64,000 nt of DNA. It comes from an uncultured Nitrososphaerota archaeon (GTDB lineage Archaea; Thermoproteota; EX4484-205; JAAOZO01). The notes beneath the pieces are model-generated. The model did no database searches and was not told the DNA's origin. It saw only the letters and a program-made list of their open reading frames with translations. Position 1 is the stretch's first letter, and every line of letters begins with the position of its first letter. Positions 38,782 to 49,095 of this stretch are shown one piece after another. A program made the translations under genes and the position numbers. The stretch covers positions 96,001 through 160,000 of the forward strand of contig CAYOYV010000003.1 of the NCBI GenBank assembly GCA_964408285.1, given 5' to 3'.

Positions 38782-39840
38782 TCAAACACTGCTTAGGGCC
38801 TGCTTTATCTCATCCCTAAACTGTGGATGGGGAATCGGGTAGACGAAGAAACAGATCCCCTGTGCTCCCATTGTCATTGCCAGCTGCGTCGCTTTGCCAA
38901 TGTCCTCGCTCTTTCTGAGAAAACCCAGCAATATTCCAGCCATGATCATCTTGCCCGTCGAGACGCCTTCCGCAACGGCTTCTCCAATCCATTCAACCGG
39001 CTTTCCATAATACTCATGATATATCATTGGCTCCAGATGATCAATCGGCCATGAGCCCCAGCGTTGGAAGACGTATCTGTATGCAAGACCTGGCGTTGCG
39101 AAGACCGCAGCTGAGGTTTCGATTTCACTATCGAATGCCTTGACGGACTTGTGGAATCTAGATACGAAGGCAGTGATTCTGTCAGCCCTCCATGAAACCC
39201 ATGTGTACCATGGCCTGGTTCCGAATTCAATATCAATTGGATCTATTCCATGGTCTTCCTTGAACCGATTTCTGCACGTATCGCAATAGCAGAAATCGAA
39301 TTGGCTTTGATAGACCTCCTTCTCCCTCTCTAGGCCATAGTTCTGCCTCAGTCCTTCTGGAAGGAAAATATCAGGTAGCCTTATGTAGTCCAAATGGACG
39401 CCATCCAAATCGAAGAACTGCAGCAATTCCTGGATCCCGCCAAGCATGAATTGCGTCGGACCTTGTTGACTTGGACATAACCATAGATAATCTGGAACGT
39501 ATGCAGGTTTGTCAATGCAGCTTTCCTTGTTCCTGTTCAAGATGTACCACTCCCTGTGAGAAGACACCAACTCATTGCTGGGCCGATTGAATGCGACTAC
39601 CCAACCATGAACCTTCATGCCATGTTTCTTGGCCTCCTTGACGACAGGTCCTAGGAGATCCCTTTTCCTCGCCTTCTCAGCTGATATGAAGATCCTGCTC
39701 GGATAAAGCGCCCCTTGGCCAACTATGGATAGGAGAAAGAGCTCGTCTGCCCCCAAGTATCTCAATTCCTGCATGTGCTTTTCCGGACTATCCAAAATCG
39801 CCTCTGTGTTGACCCAGAAGGATCTCACATACCTTGCCAT
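38782..39840 (-). CDS. GHL10/DUF187 glycoside-hydrolase-like protein
   Basis: AKKHGMKVHGW, LDGVHLDYIRLP, CYCDTC, QRW..W. Confidence 0.85.
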   Translation of the reverse strand: MARYVRSFWVNTEAILDSPEKHMQELRYLGADELFLLSIVGQGALYPSRIFISAEKARKRDLLGPVVKEAKKHGMKVHGWVVAFNRPSNELVSSHREWYILNRNKESCIDKPAYVPDYLWLCPSQQGPTQFMLGGIQELLQFFDLDGVHLDYIRLPDIFLPEGLRQNYGLEREKEVYQSQFDFCYCDTCRNRFKEDHGIDPIDIEFGTRPWYTWVSWRADRITAFVSRFHKSVKAFDSEIETSAAVFATPGLAYRYVFQRWGSWPIDHLEPMIYHEYYGKPVEWIGEAVAEGVSTGKMIMAGILLGFLRKSEDIGKATQLAMTMGAQGICFFVYPIPHPQFRDEIKQALSSV

Positions 39841-40013
39841 GCGTTACATACCACTGCCTTGCTCTATATTCCTTTGTCGGACTTCCCGTTGAATCGATTT
39901 TTCCTTGGATTGTGCCTCCTCTGCCCGTACCTGCGTTGACCGTATCGTCCCCGTTTCCTCCAGGCCAGGAATCGGGCGATTCTTTCTGTCCGTCTCGTTC
40001 TAATCAAGCCTAG

Positions 40014-40460
40014 CTAGGATATCGGTCTTATCATGAAGAAAGCATCTGTTCCGTCGGGATAGTAGCTGGGCAGAATTCCTGCAATCCTGAATCCTCGATT
40101 CCTGTAGAAGGAGACTGCCTCTTCATTTCTGACTGAAACCTGCAGTTGAGCTCCTTTGGCTTTTCCTCTCACCATCTCCAAAGCGGAATCCAGCAATAAC
40201 GATCCTAATCCCTTTCTTCTGTAGCCTTGCCGAACAGCTATCGATACTATTACAGCGACTGCCCCTGGTTTGACGTCTACTATGATGTAACCCGCGAGCT
40301 GATGATCAATGCGCCCGACCAATACGCATGACTCCTTTCGATCTAGATAATTACGAAAAGTGGCCATGGAGTAGGGATGCACGAACGATTGCATCTCGAT
40401 ATCCATGATCTCTGTGAGATCATCGGCATCTCCGAATTCAATCCTCGGTGTTGGAATCAC
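40014..40460 (-). CDS. RimI/Ard1-type GNAT N-acetyltransferase
   Basis: IEMQSF, SIAV...RRKGLG, LQV...N..A..FY...GF, YY.DG.DA. Confidence 0.9.
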   Translation of the reverse strand: MIPTPRIEFGDADDLTEIMDIEMQSFVHPYSMATFRNYLDRKESCVLVGRIDHQLAGYIIVDVKPGAVAVIVSIAVRQGYRRKGLGSLLLDSALEMVRGKAKGAQLQVSVRNEEAVSFYRNRGFRIAGILPSYYPDGTDAFFMIRPIS

Positions 40461-40657
40461 CCGAAATCCGATACCATTAGGGCTGATGCCCTTTATCCTT
40501 TAAGCTTTGCTTCGAAAACAAGAGGTCTTCCTCAGACTGTGTCGGAGGAACCAAGGTAAATGACATGGTCAGAACGAATCTTCGTTTCCAGAGGTAGGAT
40601 CGCGAGCAAGAAGCAATATGGCTTTTCGGTGAAAAGCATAATTGTACGCTGAATCTC

Positions 40658-41320
40658 ATGAGGCGGAGTCTGTTGAAACGGCCTCCTGGAGTGAAGGTGA
40701 TATCACTGGATCTGATCGGCACGATTCTCAAGCGTGATTTTATCGATGACTTCTGGGAAGAGGCAATCCCCGGCGCGGTTGCAATCCAAAGACGATGGCC
40801 ATTCAGAAGGGCAAAGAGATGGGTTCTGGGGGAGTACAGAACGATCAGCACGAGCGACATCAGGTGGCACTTGCCCTCTTATTGGATATCCCGCTTCAAT
40901 CTACGCGGGGGTCACGCCAGACTACTTGGACATTCGGTCGGCCTCATCAGAGAGTACGACGACGCCCAGACCGTCTTACGGCGAATGTCAAAGGACTATC
41001 AGCTGATCATTTCGACGAACGTTTCAAGGGATTTTCTGATCCCGGCCTTGCTGAAACTCAAGGTGCAATTTCAGGCAGCATATTCTTCAGTATCAGATTA
41101 CTCTCTTCCTCTTAAGCCTCCTGAATTCTACTCCTCCATAGCAAGAGATCTGAACGCTGATCCTAAGACCATATTGCATATTGGGGATGATCCCGTGCAG
41201 GATTATCTGAATCCAAAAAGAGCAGGGTTGAATGCAATACTTCTAGATAGGAGCGGAAGATGCAAGAGATTCCGCCCCATTCGAAGTCTAGTGTCGATAG
41301 ACTCTCGCTTGTATCTCTAA
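40658..41320 (+). CDS. HAD-superfamily hydrolase (motif I variant DLIGT)
   Basis: SLDLIGT, STN, KPPEFY, HIGDD..QDY. Confidence 0.8.
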   Translation: MRRSLLKRPPGVKVISLDLIGTILKRDFIDDFWEEAIPGAVAIQRRWPFRRAKRWVLGEYRTISTSDIRWHLPSYWISRFNLRGGHARLLGHSVGLIREYDDAQTVLRRMSKDYQLIISTNVSRDFLIPALLKLKVQFQAAYSSVSDYSLPLKPPEFYSSIARDLNADPKTILHIGDDPVQDYLNPKRAGLNAILLDRSGRCKRFRPIRSLVSIDSRLYL

Positions 41321-41377
41321 ACGAAATTAAACGCAGTAGCGGACATTGTTCTCTGAGCCCTACGATCAGGTCAAGTC

Positions 41378-43621
41378 TCACAATTCGCCTTCAATCTCGC
41401 TGACCCTTCTGGCCCTCTTCTGTCTAGCGGATTGCCTCTTCCATAGATTGGCGAAAAGATAGACGAATACGATGATCAGCATGCCAGTGATGAAGAGCAT
41501 TGTCCCCTGGGGTCCTACTTCAGTCGGAGGTTGGGAAGGCCCACCAGGGCCTATCACAACGGGGCTTACCTTTGCGGCCAGATCTGGCTGCAGAAGTGTC
41601 ACAGTTGAGACTTCTGTTTGATTGCCCAGACTGTCTCTATAGAATATTAGTGCTTCGAATCCCTTTCTTATCACGAGTTGCGCGTGGGTTGTCCCGCCCC
41701 AAGTGAATGTCACGTTGTTCTTGCTCAGTGGGGAGAAAATAGGTATACATACCGAACCTCCGATCGTCCATGCCCCGAGACTCACAATGTTCTTGACAAT
41801 TGATTTATCCAGAGACGTGAAGTTCCAGAATTCAAACGCGGAACTGGAATTCAGGACCACATACTTGACGAACGAGGGTCTGTCGCCGGTTGTAGGCAAT
41901 AGTTCAGCAAGTCCGGTGGAATTCCAAGCAATGAGCCTCAAAACCCGTTCATTCACTGCAATGGCCTCTGGAGATAGATATCGAAGCTTCTCCGTCTCCG
42001 CCTGCATCGTGATCGCGTCGAAGCGGAGTTCTGCTGCGGCCAGCCTCAGATCTGCAGCCTTCTTACTTATCTCCAGCGTGAAATCAACACTATTGTTGAC
42101 GCTTGCGAAAAGCATTGATGACATATTTGAGAGCACATTGGAGCTATTCCTGTCAAATACCCCGATGCTTTTCAATCCCTCGCCAGCCTTGCTCAGGGCA
42201 GCAGACATTGCGACCACCCCTTTCTGCATCTCAGCTAGGGAATCAGAATAGGATTGAAGTGTCTTCTGAACGTCTGTGGCATTCAACTGAGCTAGAATCC
42301 CGTCTATTGTGTCCAGTGATTCAATCATTTCTCCTACTCGCTGATTTCTCTCAGAATTCTGATCATAGATCCTACCTACGATGGCTATGCTGGTGAGTAT
42401 TTGCGTCCTTTGCTGGGGATCTGTCGACGAATTCAGCAAGGCCGTCAAGGTTGAGTTCAATTCAAGGAGAAGCTCCATTTCCTCCGATTGAGAGTCCAAG
42501 ATGAATTGGAGCTCGACCTTCTGGAGATATATGGAGTCACGAACGAGTCTTATTGTGGCATTGATCCTTTCCGTGGATGCCTCCTTCATAAGTGAATCCA
42601 ATGAGAACCTAAGCTGATCCAGAGTTGTTGCAGTATTATTCACTTGCCTGCTTATCATTATGAGTGACTTCCCTATTTCGTCTGTAGCTCGCCCTGTTGC
42701 ATTCATCGCTGAGCTCAGGACCTTCAGATATTCAGCGAGTCCTGCAATAATTGCGGCCGAGGAATTGACTGATCGCCAAATGCCTTCTAGGAAATCCGCT
42801 GTCGCGTTCAGACTGAGAGCTCTTGCCTTCATGGAACTTGCGAATGGCCCGTATAGGTCAGAAACATAAGAGATCACGATGGGCGATAGGGTAGCTATGC
42901 CCCATTCCGACAACTTCGAGACTCTTACCTTCAATCGCATTTCAACGGAATCCTTGACCAGAATCGTCCATTGATGTTCTCCGGAGCTTCTTGTCGAGTT
43001 TGGTTTTGGGATTGTGTCCATCACTTCGAAATACCTAGTATCTATTGCGACCATTACCATGAGGGGGATGGGGATCCTCCATGAACCATTTGACTTCCCC
43101 CAATTGGAGTTCAATATCTTGACCGTCCAATCCAACTGGTCGCCTCGCTTAATCGTTATGAATCTGTAGGCCCCTATATTCGTCACATTCGGCGCCAATC
43201 CATTAACAAGCAGATTCTGGACTGCAACGAAAGGCAGCTGGGTAGGTCTGGCCGTAATCTCATAGGTGGACTTGCCTGGCGCACAATTGAGCAACAAAGT
43301 CCATTCGGATACCTTTCCTAGGTCTGTGGAGCTGAGGACTTTCACACTTGGTGACGATATCCTTACGGAATCAAACCCAATGTCATGGAACGTTAACTTA
43401 ATGACATGTGAGGTGGAATTCATGCCTGGATTTTCTGCCGTAAGGGAATACGAGAACGACTCTGCTTGCTGTCCTGAAATCGGATCTAGCTGAAGCGAGT
43501 ATATGCTCTCGCCCTTCAGACTGATCATGCTTTGGTCAGATTCACATGATCCTCGGCCGAAAACCGATGAGATTAGGAGCACAGCAACGAGGAATATCGC
43601 GTTTCGCTCCGTTCCTCTCAT
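41378..43621 (-). CDS. Large exported, C-terminally anchored coiled-coil glycoprotein associated with ABC exporter
   Basis: Signal peptide, beta domain, long heptad region, C-terminal TM helix plus basic tail; overlaps the ATPase stop. Confidence 0.7.
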   Translation of the reverse strand: MRGTERNAIFLVAVLLISSVFGRGSCESDQSMISLKGESIYSLQLDPISGQQAESFSYSLTAENPGMNSTSHVIKLTFHDIGFDSVRISSPSVKVLSSTDLGKVSEWTLLLNCAPGKSTYEITARPTQLPFVAVQNLLVNGLAPNVTNIGAYRFITIKRGDQLDWTVKILNSNWGKSNGSWRIPIPLMVMVAIDTRYFEVMDTIPKPNSTRSSGEHQWTILVKDSVEMRLKVRVSKLSEWGIATLSPIVISYVSDLYGPFASSMKARALSLNATADFLEGIWRSVNSSAAIIAGLAEYLKVLSSAMNATGRATDEIGKSLIMISRQVNNTATTLDQLRFSLDSLMKEASTERINATIRLVRDSIYLQKVELQFILDSQSEEMELLLELNSTLTALLNSSTDPQQRTQILTSIAIVGRIYDQNSERNQRVGEMIESLDTIDGILAQLNATDVQKTLQSYSDSLAEMQKGVVAMSAALSKAGEGLKSIGVFDRNSSNVLSNMSSMLFASVNNSVDFTLEISKKAADLRLAAAELRFDAITMQAETEKLRYLSPEAIAVNERVLRLIAWNSTGLAELLPTTGDRPSFVKYVVLNSSSAFEFWNFTSLDKSIVKNIVSLGAWTIGGSVCIPIFSPLSKNNVTFTWGGTTHAQLVIRKGFEALIFYRDSLGNQTEVSTVTLLQPDLAAKVSPVVIGPGGPSQPPTEVGPQGTMLFITGMLIIVFVYLFANLWKRQSARQKRARRVSEIEGEL

Positions 43622-44517
43622 CTAGTAGACCTCCGTATTGAATCCAGTTCGTGGAGCCTATTTCTCAACTCGATCTCATCTATCTGCCCATCTATGAATC
43701 TTCTTTTGGTCACTCTCTCCTCCAATTCAAACAAAGATGAGAAGAAATCTATCCTCTCCCTCATCTCTTGGATTGGTGGGTGGGCGACCCTAGCAGCGAG
43801 GAACGATTGAGGAGGTTTCTCATGCAATTGCCCCCCCTTCATGAATCTGATACTGGGTGCGATCGAGGCGACTTCTGGATTATGAGTGACTATGATGAAT
43901 GTCAACCTGAGTGAAGAATTCAGAAACCTCATCATTGAAATCAGTCTAGCGGACGATTCCAGATCGAGGTTGCCTGTCGGTTCATCGGCCAATATGAAGG
44001 ACGGGTTGTTGGCGAGGGCTCTAGCTATTGCAATCATCTGTTGTTGACCTCCGCTGAGCTGTCTGGGAGTGTTCCTAAACCTCTCCTGTGGCAAGCCCAC
44101 TATCCTTAGAAGAAGATCTGCCCTTTGCTTCGATTCTGTAGTGTCGTATTTCCTCGACAGCAACATGGGCAGGGTGACATTCTCGATTGCAGTGAGATGA
44201 GTTGCTAGATTGAAGAACTGAAAAACGAAGCCAATCTTGTCTCTCCTGAATCTAGATAGTCTGGTTTCGTCGAAATTCGTGATGTCTGTGCCGTCAATGT
44301 ATACGCTTCCGCTTGTTGGTTTGTCCAAGGTTCCCAAGATGTGCAATAGCGTTGACTTGCCTGATCCGGATGGTCCCATCAACGAAATGAGTTCACCGCG
44401 GTTGGCCTCGAAATCCACGCCCTTTAGCGCTTCGATCTTGAAGCCGCCGAGCTCGTATGTCTTCGTGACCTCGACACATCGAATGGCCTTCCGTTCATTC
44501 ATATCTAAGCGACTCAA
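43618..44517 (-). CDS. ABC transporter ATP-binding protein (LolD/MacB type)
   Basis: GPSGSGKST, GFVFQ, LSGGQQQ, ADEPTGNLD, VTH. Confidence 0.95.
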   Translation of the reverse strand: MSRLDMNERKAIRCVEVTKTYELGGFKIEALKGVDFEANRGELISLMGPSGSGKSTLLHILGTLDKPTSGSVYIDGTDITNFDETRLSRFRRDKIGFVFQFFNLATHLTAIENVTLPMLLSRKYDTTESKQRADLLLRIVGLPQERFRNTPRQLSGGQQQMIAIARALANNPSFILADEPTGNLDLESSARLISMMRFLNSSLRLTFIIVTHNPEVASIAPSIRFMKGGQLHEKPPQSFLAARVAHPPIQEMRERIDFFSSLFELEERVTKRRFIDGQIDEIELRNRLHELDSIRRSTR

Positions 44518-45655
44518 TCGGTCTCACCTTGGTTGCGTTCCAAGATGGGATTATGCTGGCCACGATGCTCAGAATCAATGCAACGCTGAATCCTCTGAAA
44601 TATGCTCCCAAGTCAAAAATAAATGGAAACTGGAGCCCGATTGAGATGAAATTCGGAAGGAACGTCTTCAGAAGCAGATAGGTCAGAGCATAACCGGCCG
44701 CGCCTCCGATCATGCCGCCTATTGCACCTAGAATGATGCCTTGAAGCATGAATATGTACAGCACATGCCAGTTGTCGGCCCCAATCGACTTCAGCACTCC
44801 TATCTCTCTTCTCTTTTCCGCCACACTCATCGCGATGGAATTCATTATGCTCAGGCCTGACACTGCGAGGCTGACAAGGCTAACGGAGAACATGAGCGCG
44901 TCCAGGGTATCGATTATGTTGCCCAGATTCCTCAGAAGATCTCTTTCCGTTAACACCTTTGTCCTAGGAAAGGTGGCCTTGATCTCTCTTATGACTTGAT
45001 CCGCTACCGCGACATCAGAGACTCTGACTATGAAGTAGGTCGCATATCCTCTGACGTTCAGCATGCGCTGTGCGTTACTTATTCCAGTCACTATGACGGA
45101 TCCGGTACCGGCTGCCAGTCCTTGGAAGAACCCTCCTATTTCCGTGGTACCAACGAGCTGCATATTCAATCCAGCCGACATGTATTGAGTGATGACTTTC
45201 AGAGAGCCGTTTATTTTGAGGCGGAGGCTTGAGGCGCCAAAATCCGTCGTAATGAATTCAGCAACGTCATCAGAACTGGGAAGGCGCCCTTGAGGATAAG
45301 GAACGAACGAGAGAATCTCACTGACAGGTACTCCTAGGAGTATTCCCGGCTCTCTCATCGCTATACATCCACCTATCACCACAGGAACAACGGATCTAAC
45401 GCCAGCAATCTGCTGCATTGTATCTGCGATATAGATAGGAATAGGCGCAAGGTCGGTATCACTGACCAATATAGCAGAGCTTAGCAGAGATTCTATGTCT
45501 TCCTTGATGCGTGTCTTCATCGACAAGGTCAGACTCGTGAGCGAAACCATGAAAGCAATGCCGATAATGATGCCCAATATTGTCAACACTGTTCTTGTCG
45601 GCCTAGCAGTCAGGTCCCTAATGGAATATCTGGTAAGGTGGCCGACTACACTCAT
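44495..45655 (-). CDS. ABC transporter permease (MacB/FtsX type)
   Basis: RTVLTILGIIIG, EKRREIGVLKSIGA, P...A....P.ESLRYE. Confidence 0.93.
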   Translation of the reverse strand: MSVVGHLTRYSIRDLTARPTRTVLTILGIIIGIAFMVSLTSLTLSMKTRIKEDIESLLSSAILVSDTDLAPIPIYIADTMQQIAGVRSVVPVVIGGCIAMREPGILLGVPVSEILSFVPYPQGRLPSSDDVAEFITTDFGASSLRLKINGSLKVITQYMSAGLNMQLVGTTEIGGFFQGLAAGTGSVIVTGISNAQRMLNVRGYATYFIVRVSDVAVADQVIREIKATFPRTKVLTERDLLRNLGNIIDTLDALMFSVSLVSLAVSGLSIMNSIAMSVAEKRREIGVLKSIGADNWHVLYIFMLQGIILGAIGGMIGGAAGYALTYLLLKTFLPNFISIGLQFPFIFDLGAYFRGFSVALILSIVASIIPSWNATKVRPIESLRYE

Positions 45656-45790
45656 CTGTGGCCCAGGAGGGACTTCAATGGGCCTCTCCTATTTAGGACT
45701 TTAAGACAGAGTCCGAAAGTCAGATGGCAAGGTCATGAGTCCTGCCTTATCAGCCGCTAGCCCCCTGACTCTCCTCCCGATTCCGCCCAA

Positions 45791-46888
45791 TCATGATATG
45801 ATCCTGCCAATCTCGATCGCAGCTTTCTGAAGGAGAACTGCTGTACTGGCCATGGACTCCTCTAGACTGATTGGTCCCTGGGCTATACTGAAGAATGCAT
45901 CGAACGGAGGTCTCAGCATCTCATATCCGTTTCCCAATTCTCCCGCAAGCCCTATCACCCTTCTTCCTCCGATTCCTTTGAAGGCCTTCGCTACGACGAG
46001 AGGAGCTTTGCCGAACGATGTCTGCCCGTCAAGTCTTCCCTCACCTGTCACCAGTCCATCTGCCCTTGAAGCCTTCTCATCGAATCTCGCCAATTCAAGT
46101 ACTATCTCTGCCCCCAATCTGACTTGTCCTCCAATCGCAATGGCCGCCGCTCCCATTCCCCCTGCTGCCCCGGATCCCTGCCTATCTCCTATCGCCTCGG
46201 CCGTTTTCTGCTCGAGCAGGTTGCGCCATCTGGACATGGCTGGCTCAAACTGAATCGCTAGATCCGATGTTACACCCTTCTGTGGGCCATAGACCATCGT
46301 TGCGCCTTTTGGTCCGGTCAGAGGATTTAACACATCAGCTGCAATAACCAAGCTTCTGCCCTCCAGCTTCTCGAGTGGCACGGAGATATCGATGTCCTCG
46401 ATCTGCAGTAGGCCTCTACCTCCTCTCTCAGTCGTTCCCTTGGCCTTCGCTCCGAGACCGATCAAGAGCCCAAGCCCGCCATCGTTCGTGGCACTACCTC
46501 CTATTCCCAGGATTATTCTGCTCGCCCCTTTTTCGATGGCATCTGACATTAGCTCGCCTGTACCAAATGAGCTCGCTTTCAGAGGGTCAAGTCTTTCACC
46601 TCTTAGCAGAGCCAAACCACTTGCCTTTGCGCTTTCCATTATGGCGGTGTCGCCCATTCTCAAGTAGTTTGCCTCTACGATCCTCCCAAAAGGATCGTGA
46701 ACATGAACCGCCACAAGATCCCCCATCATGAGGTATCTGAAGACCTCCAGAGTCCCGTCCCCTCCATCTGCGAGAGGGAAAACCAACGTTTCGACTTGGG
46801 AGTCCTGAAGTCCCTTCGCCACACATTCGCTCGCTCCTATGGATCCCAATGCGCCCTTGAATGCGTTCATAGCTGAAACGACTAACAT
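45791..46888 (-). CDS. Glycerate kinase, class I (GarK/GlxK family)
   Basis: FKG, ADGGDGT, GIGGSATNDGG, GPQKG, GAAGG, TGEGRLD.QT..GK. Confidence 0.93.
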   Translation of the reverse strand: MLVVSAMNAFKGALGSIGASECVAKGLQDSQVETLVFPLADGGDGTLEVFRYLMMGDLVAVHVHDPFGRIVEANYLRMGDTAIMESAKASGLALLRGERLDPLKASSFGTGELMSDAIEKGASRIILGIGGSATNDGGLGLLIGLGAKAKGTTERGGRGLLQIEDIDISVPLEKLEGRSLVIAADVLNPLTGPKGATMVYGPQKGVTSDLAIQFEPAMSRWRNLLEQKTAEAIGDRQGSGAAGGMGAAAIAIGGQVRLGAEIVLELARFDEKASRADGLVTGEGRLDGQTSFGKAPLVVAKAFKGIGGRRVIGLAGELGNGYEMLRPPFDAFFSIAQGPISLEESMASTAVLLQKAAIEIGRIIS

Positions 46889-47018
46889 GGCCTACACCAT
46901 TCCTGCGTGGGATGTATGTAATAAATTGGTGTGCCCTCTACCTCCAAAGCCCTCACCACTTGCGTAATGAGGCCTATGGGAAGTCAAGTTTAAACCCCGT
47001 CAAGCGATTCGTGGGAGC

Positions 47019-48029
47019 ATGGGAAAGCCTAGGATATTAGTCACTCATCCTCTCGTCTTTTTGACCGATGAAGATCTCACACGGAGATTTGACATCAGGC
47101 AGCTCGATTCAGAGCTCCCCATTGGAGGCGAGCAACTCAAACATGAGCTCGCTGGCAAGGACGGTGCAGTCTGTTTCCTGATCGATAGATTCAGTGCTGA
47201 TGTCCTACAGGCCACGAATGATCTCAAGGTGATAAGTAGCGTAAGCGCCGGCCTCGATCATATTGATCTCGCAGAAGCGACTGCCAGGGGCATATATGTC
47301 ACCAACACCCCAACTGCGCTCACCAACTCCGTGGCTGAATTCGCAATTGCGATCATGCTAGCCCTTTCCCGAAGAATCACTGAAGCTGATGCCATCGTAA
47401 GAAGCGGACAATGGAAGGGAGGGTGGGGCCTTACCTATATGTTGGGCTCTGAATTGAAGGGGAAATCGGTTGGCATAATAGGACTAGGCCGGATCGGGAC
47501 AGCAGTTGCAAAGAAGCTTGGAGCCTTCGATGTGTCTCTGAGCTACTGCAGCAGGACTAGGAAGATCGAGGCCGAGCAATCACTCGGGATACGCTACCTT
47601 TCCCTAGACGATTTGCTCAGCATATCGGACTATGTCATAATCTGCGTGTCACTAAGTGACCAGACCCGAGGAATGATCGGCGAAAGAGAGCTCCTTCTAA
47701 TGAGAGAGTCTGCCTATCTAGTGAACGTTTCGAGAGGGCAGGTGATTGATGAAGCGTCATTGGTCAAGGTACTTCGCGAGAAGAAGATTGCGGGAGCGGC
47801 TTTGGACGTGTTCGAGAAGGAACCGATCGGAAACGATCATCCGCTCGCGCAGCTGAAGAACGTATTCCTAAGTCCCCACATTGGAAGTGCCACGAAAGAG
47901 GCAAGAAGGGCGATGGTCCTTGATGCCATTGAGAATTTGACGGCTATCTTCGAGGGAATCGAAGCACCCAATATCGCGAATCCAGAAGTCATGAAAAGGA
48001 GACCGCTGAAAGTTGTGAAGATGCTTTAG
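47019..48029 (+). CDS. gyaR: Glyoxylate/hydroxypyruvate reductase (D-2-hydroxyacid dehydrogenase)
   Basis: VTNTP, GIIGLGRIG, VN.SRG, LDVFEKEP, PHIGSAT. Confidence 0.88.
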   Translation: MGKPRILVTHPLVFLTDEDLTRRFDIRQLDSELPIGGEQLKHELAGKDGAVCFLIDRFSADVLQATNDLKVISSVSAGLDHIDLAEATARGIYVTNTPTALTNSVAEFAIAIMLALSRRITEADAIVRSGQWKGGWGLTYMLGSELKGKSVGIIGLGRIGTAVAKKLGAFDVSLSYCSRTRKIEAEQSLGIRYLSLDDLLSISDYVIICVSLSDQTRGMIGERELLLMRESAYLVNVSRGQVIDEASLVKVLREKKIAGAALDVFEKEPIGNDHPLAQLKNVFLSPHIGSATKEARRAMVLDAIENLTAIFEGIEAPNIANPEVMKRRPLKVVKML

Positions 48030-48135
48030 ATCGGTACCACATGCCCATTTGGAAAATGCGAACTAGTACATCACTCGGACTGTCAAGACTTCATCAATAT
48101 CGAAGCGACATTCAACGGAGGCTACGGCATTTGGT

Positions 48136-49068
48136 CTAATGGATTATGCTGACAAGTATTGCTTTCTGGGCATGAAGTCTATTCTCTGCCTGGTCATACA
48201 CCACGGATTGCGGCCCATCGATGACCTCTGAAGACACTTCCTCTCCTCTATGAGCAGGGAGGCAGTGCATGAATATGGAGTTGGGCTTGGCCTCTGACAT
48301 GATCGCGGAATTCACCTGAAAAGGGCCAAACGCCTTCCTCCTTTTGTTTATCTCTTTTTCTTCGCCCATGGAAACCCAAACATCGGTGTAGACGACATCA
48401 GCATCTCTTGTGGCCTTAGCGGGATCATTCGTGATGACCAGCTCCGAACCCGAGTGCCTACAGAGATCAGTTGCACTCCTCAAAACCTGAGCCTTGGGTT
48501 CATATCCTCCCGGCGTGGCAATGGAGAAATCGGCCCCCAGCATGCACGAGGCCAGCATGAGGGAGTTCGCAACATTATTGGCATCACCCACGAAGGCCAA
48601 TTTGAGTCCCTTGATTTTTCCTCTCTTCTCCAAGATCGTCAGAAAATCCGAGATGGCTTGGCAAGGATGTTCAACGTCTGAGAGCCCATTTATGACGGGG
48701 AAGTCTGAGCTGGCCGCAAGTTCCTCAATATCAGAGTGTCTCTGCGTCCTTGCTACCAAACCGTCCAGATATCTGGAAAGAACTCTCGCCGTGTCTTGAA
48801 GCGTCTCGCCCCTTGACAACTGAAGCTCAGATGACGCAAGGTATATGGCGTGGCCTCCCAGCTGATGCATCGCAACCTCGAACGATACACGTGTCCTCGT
48901 AGAAGGTCTGGTGAACAGCATCCCAAGGATCTTCCCTGAGAGATAATGGAATGAATCCGACTGAGGGATTCGGGCCTTTAGCCTCTCCGCAAGGTGCAGA
49001 AGAGCAAGGAATTCGTCAGGCTCTAGATCAGCAATCGATAGAAGGTCTTTCTTTCGAAGTCTCATCAT
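48136..49068 (-). CDS. argF: Ornithine carbamoyltransferase
   Basis: STRTRVSF, HPCQ, YTDVWVSMG, HCLP, QAENR. Confidence 0.95.
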   Translation of the reverse strand: MMRLRKKDLLSIADLEPDEFLALLHLAERLKARIPQSDSFHYLSGKILGMLFTRPSTRTRVSFEVAMHQLGGHAIYLASSELQLSRGETLQDTARVLSRYLDGLVARTQRHSDIEELAASSDFPVINGLSDVEHPCQAISDFLTILEKRGKIKGLKLAFVGDANNVANSLMLASCMLGADFSIATPGGYEPKAQVLRSATDLCRHSGSELVITNDPAKATRDADVVYTDVWVSMGEEKEINKRRKAFGPFQVNSAIMSEAKPNSIFMHCLPAHRGEEVSSEVIDGPQSVVYDQAENRLHAQKAILVSIIH

Positions 49069-49095
49069 GATGCCCTCTGCTGCTATGAAAGAGTA

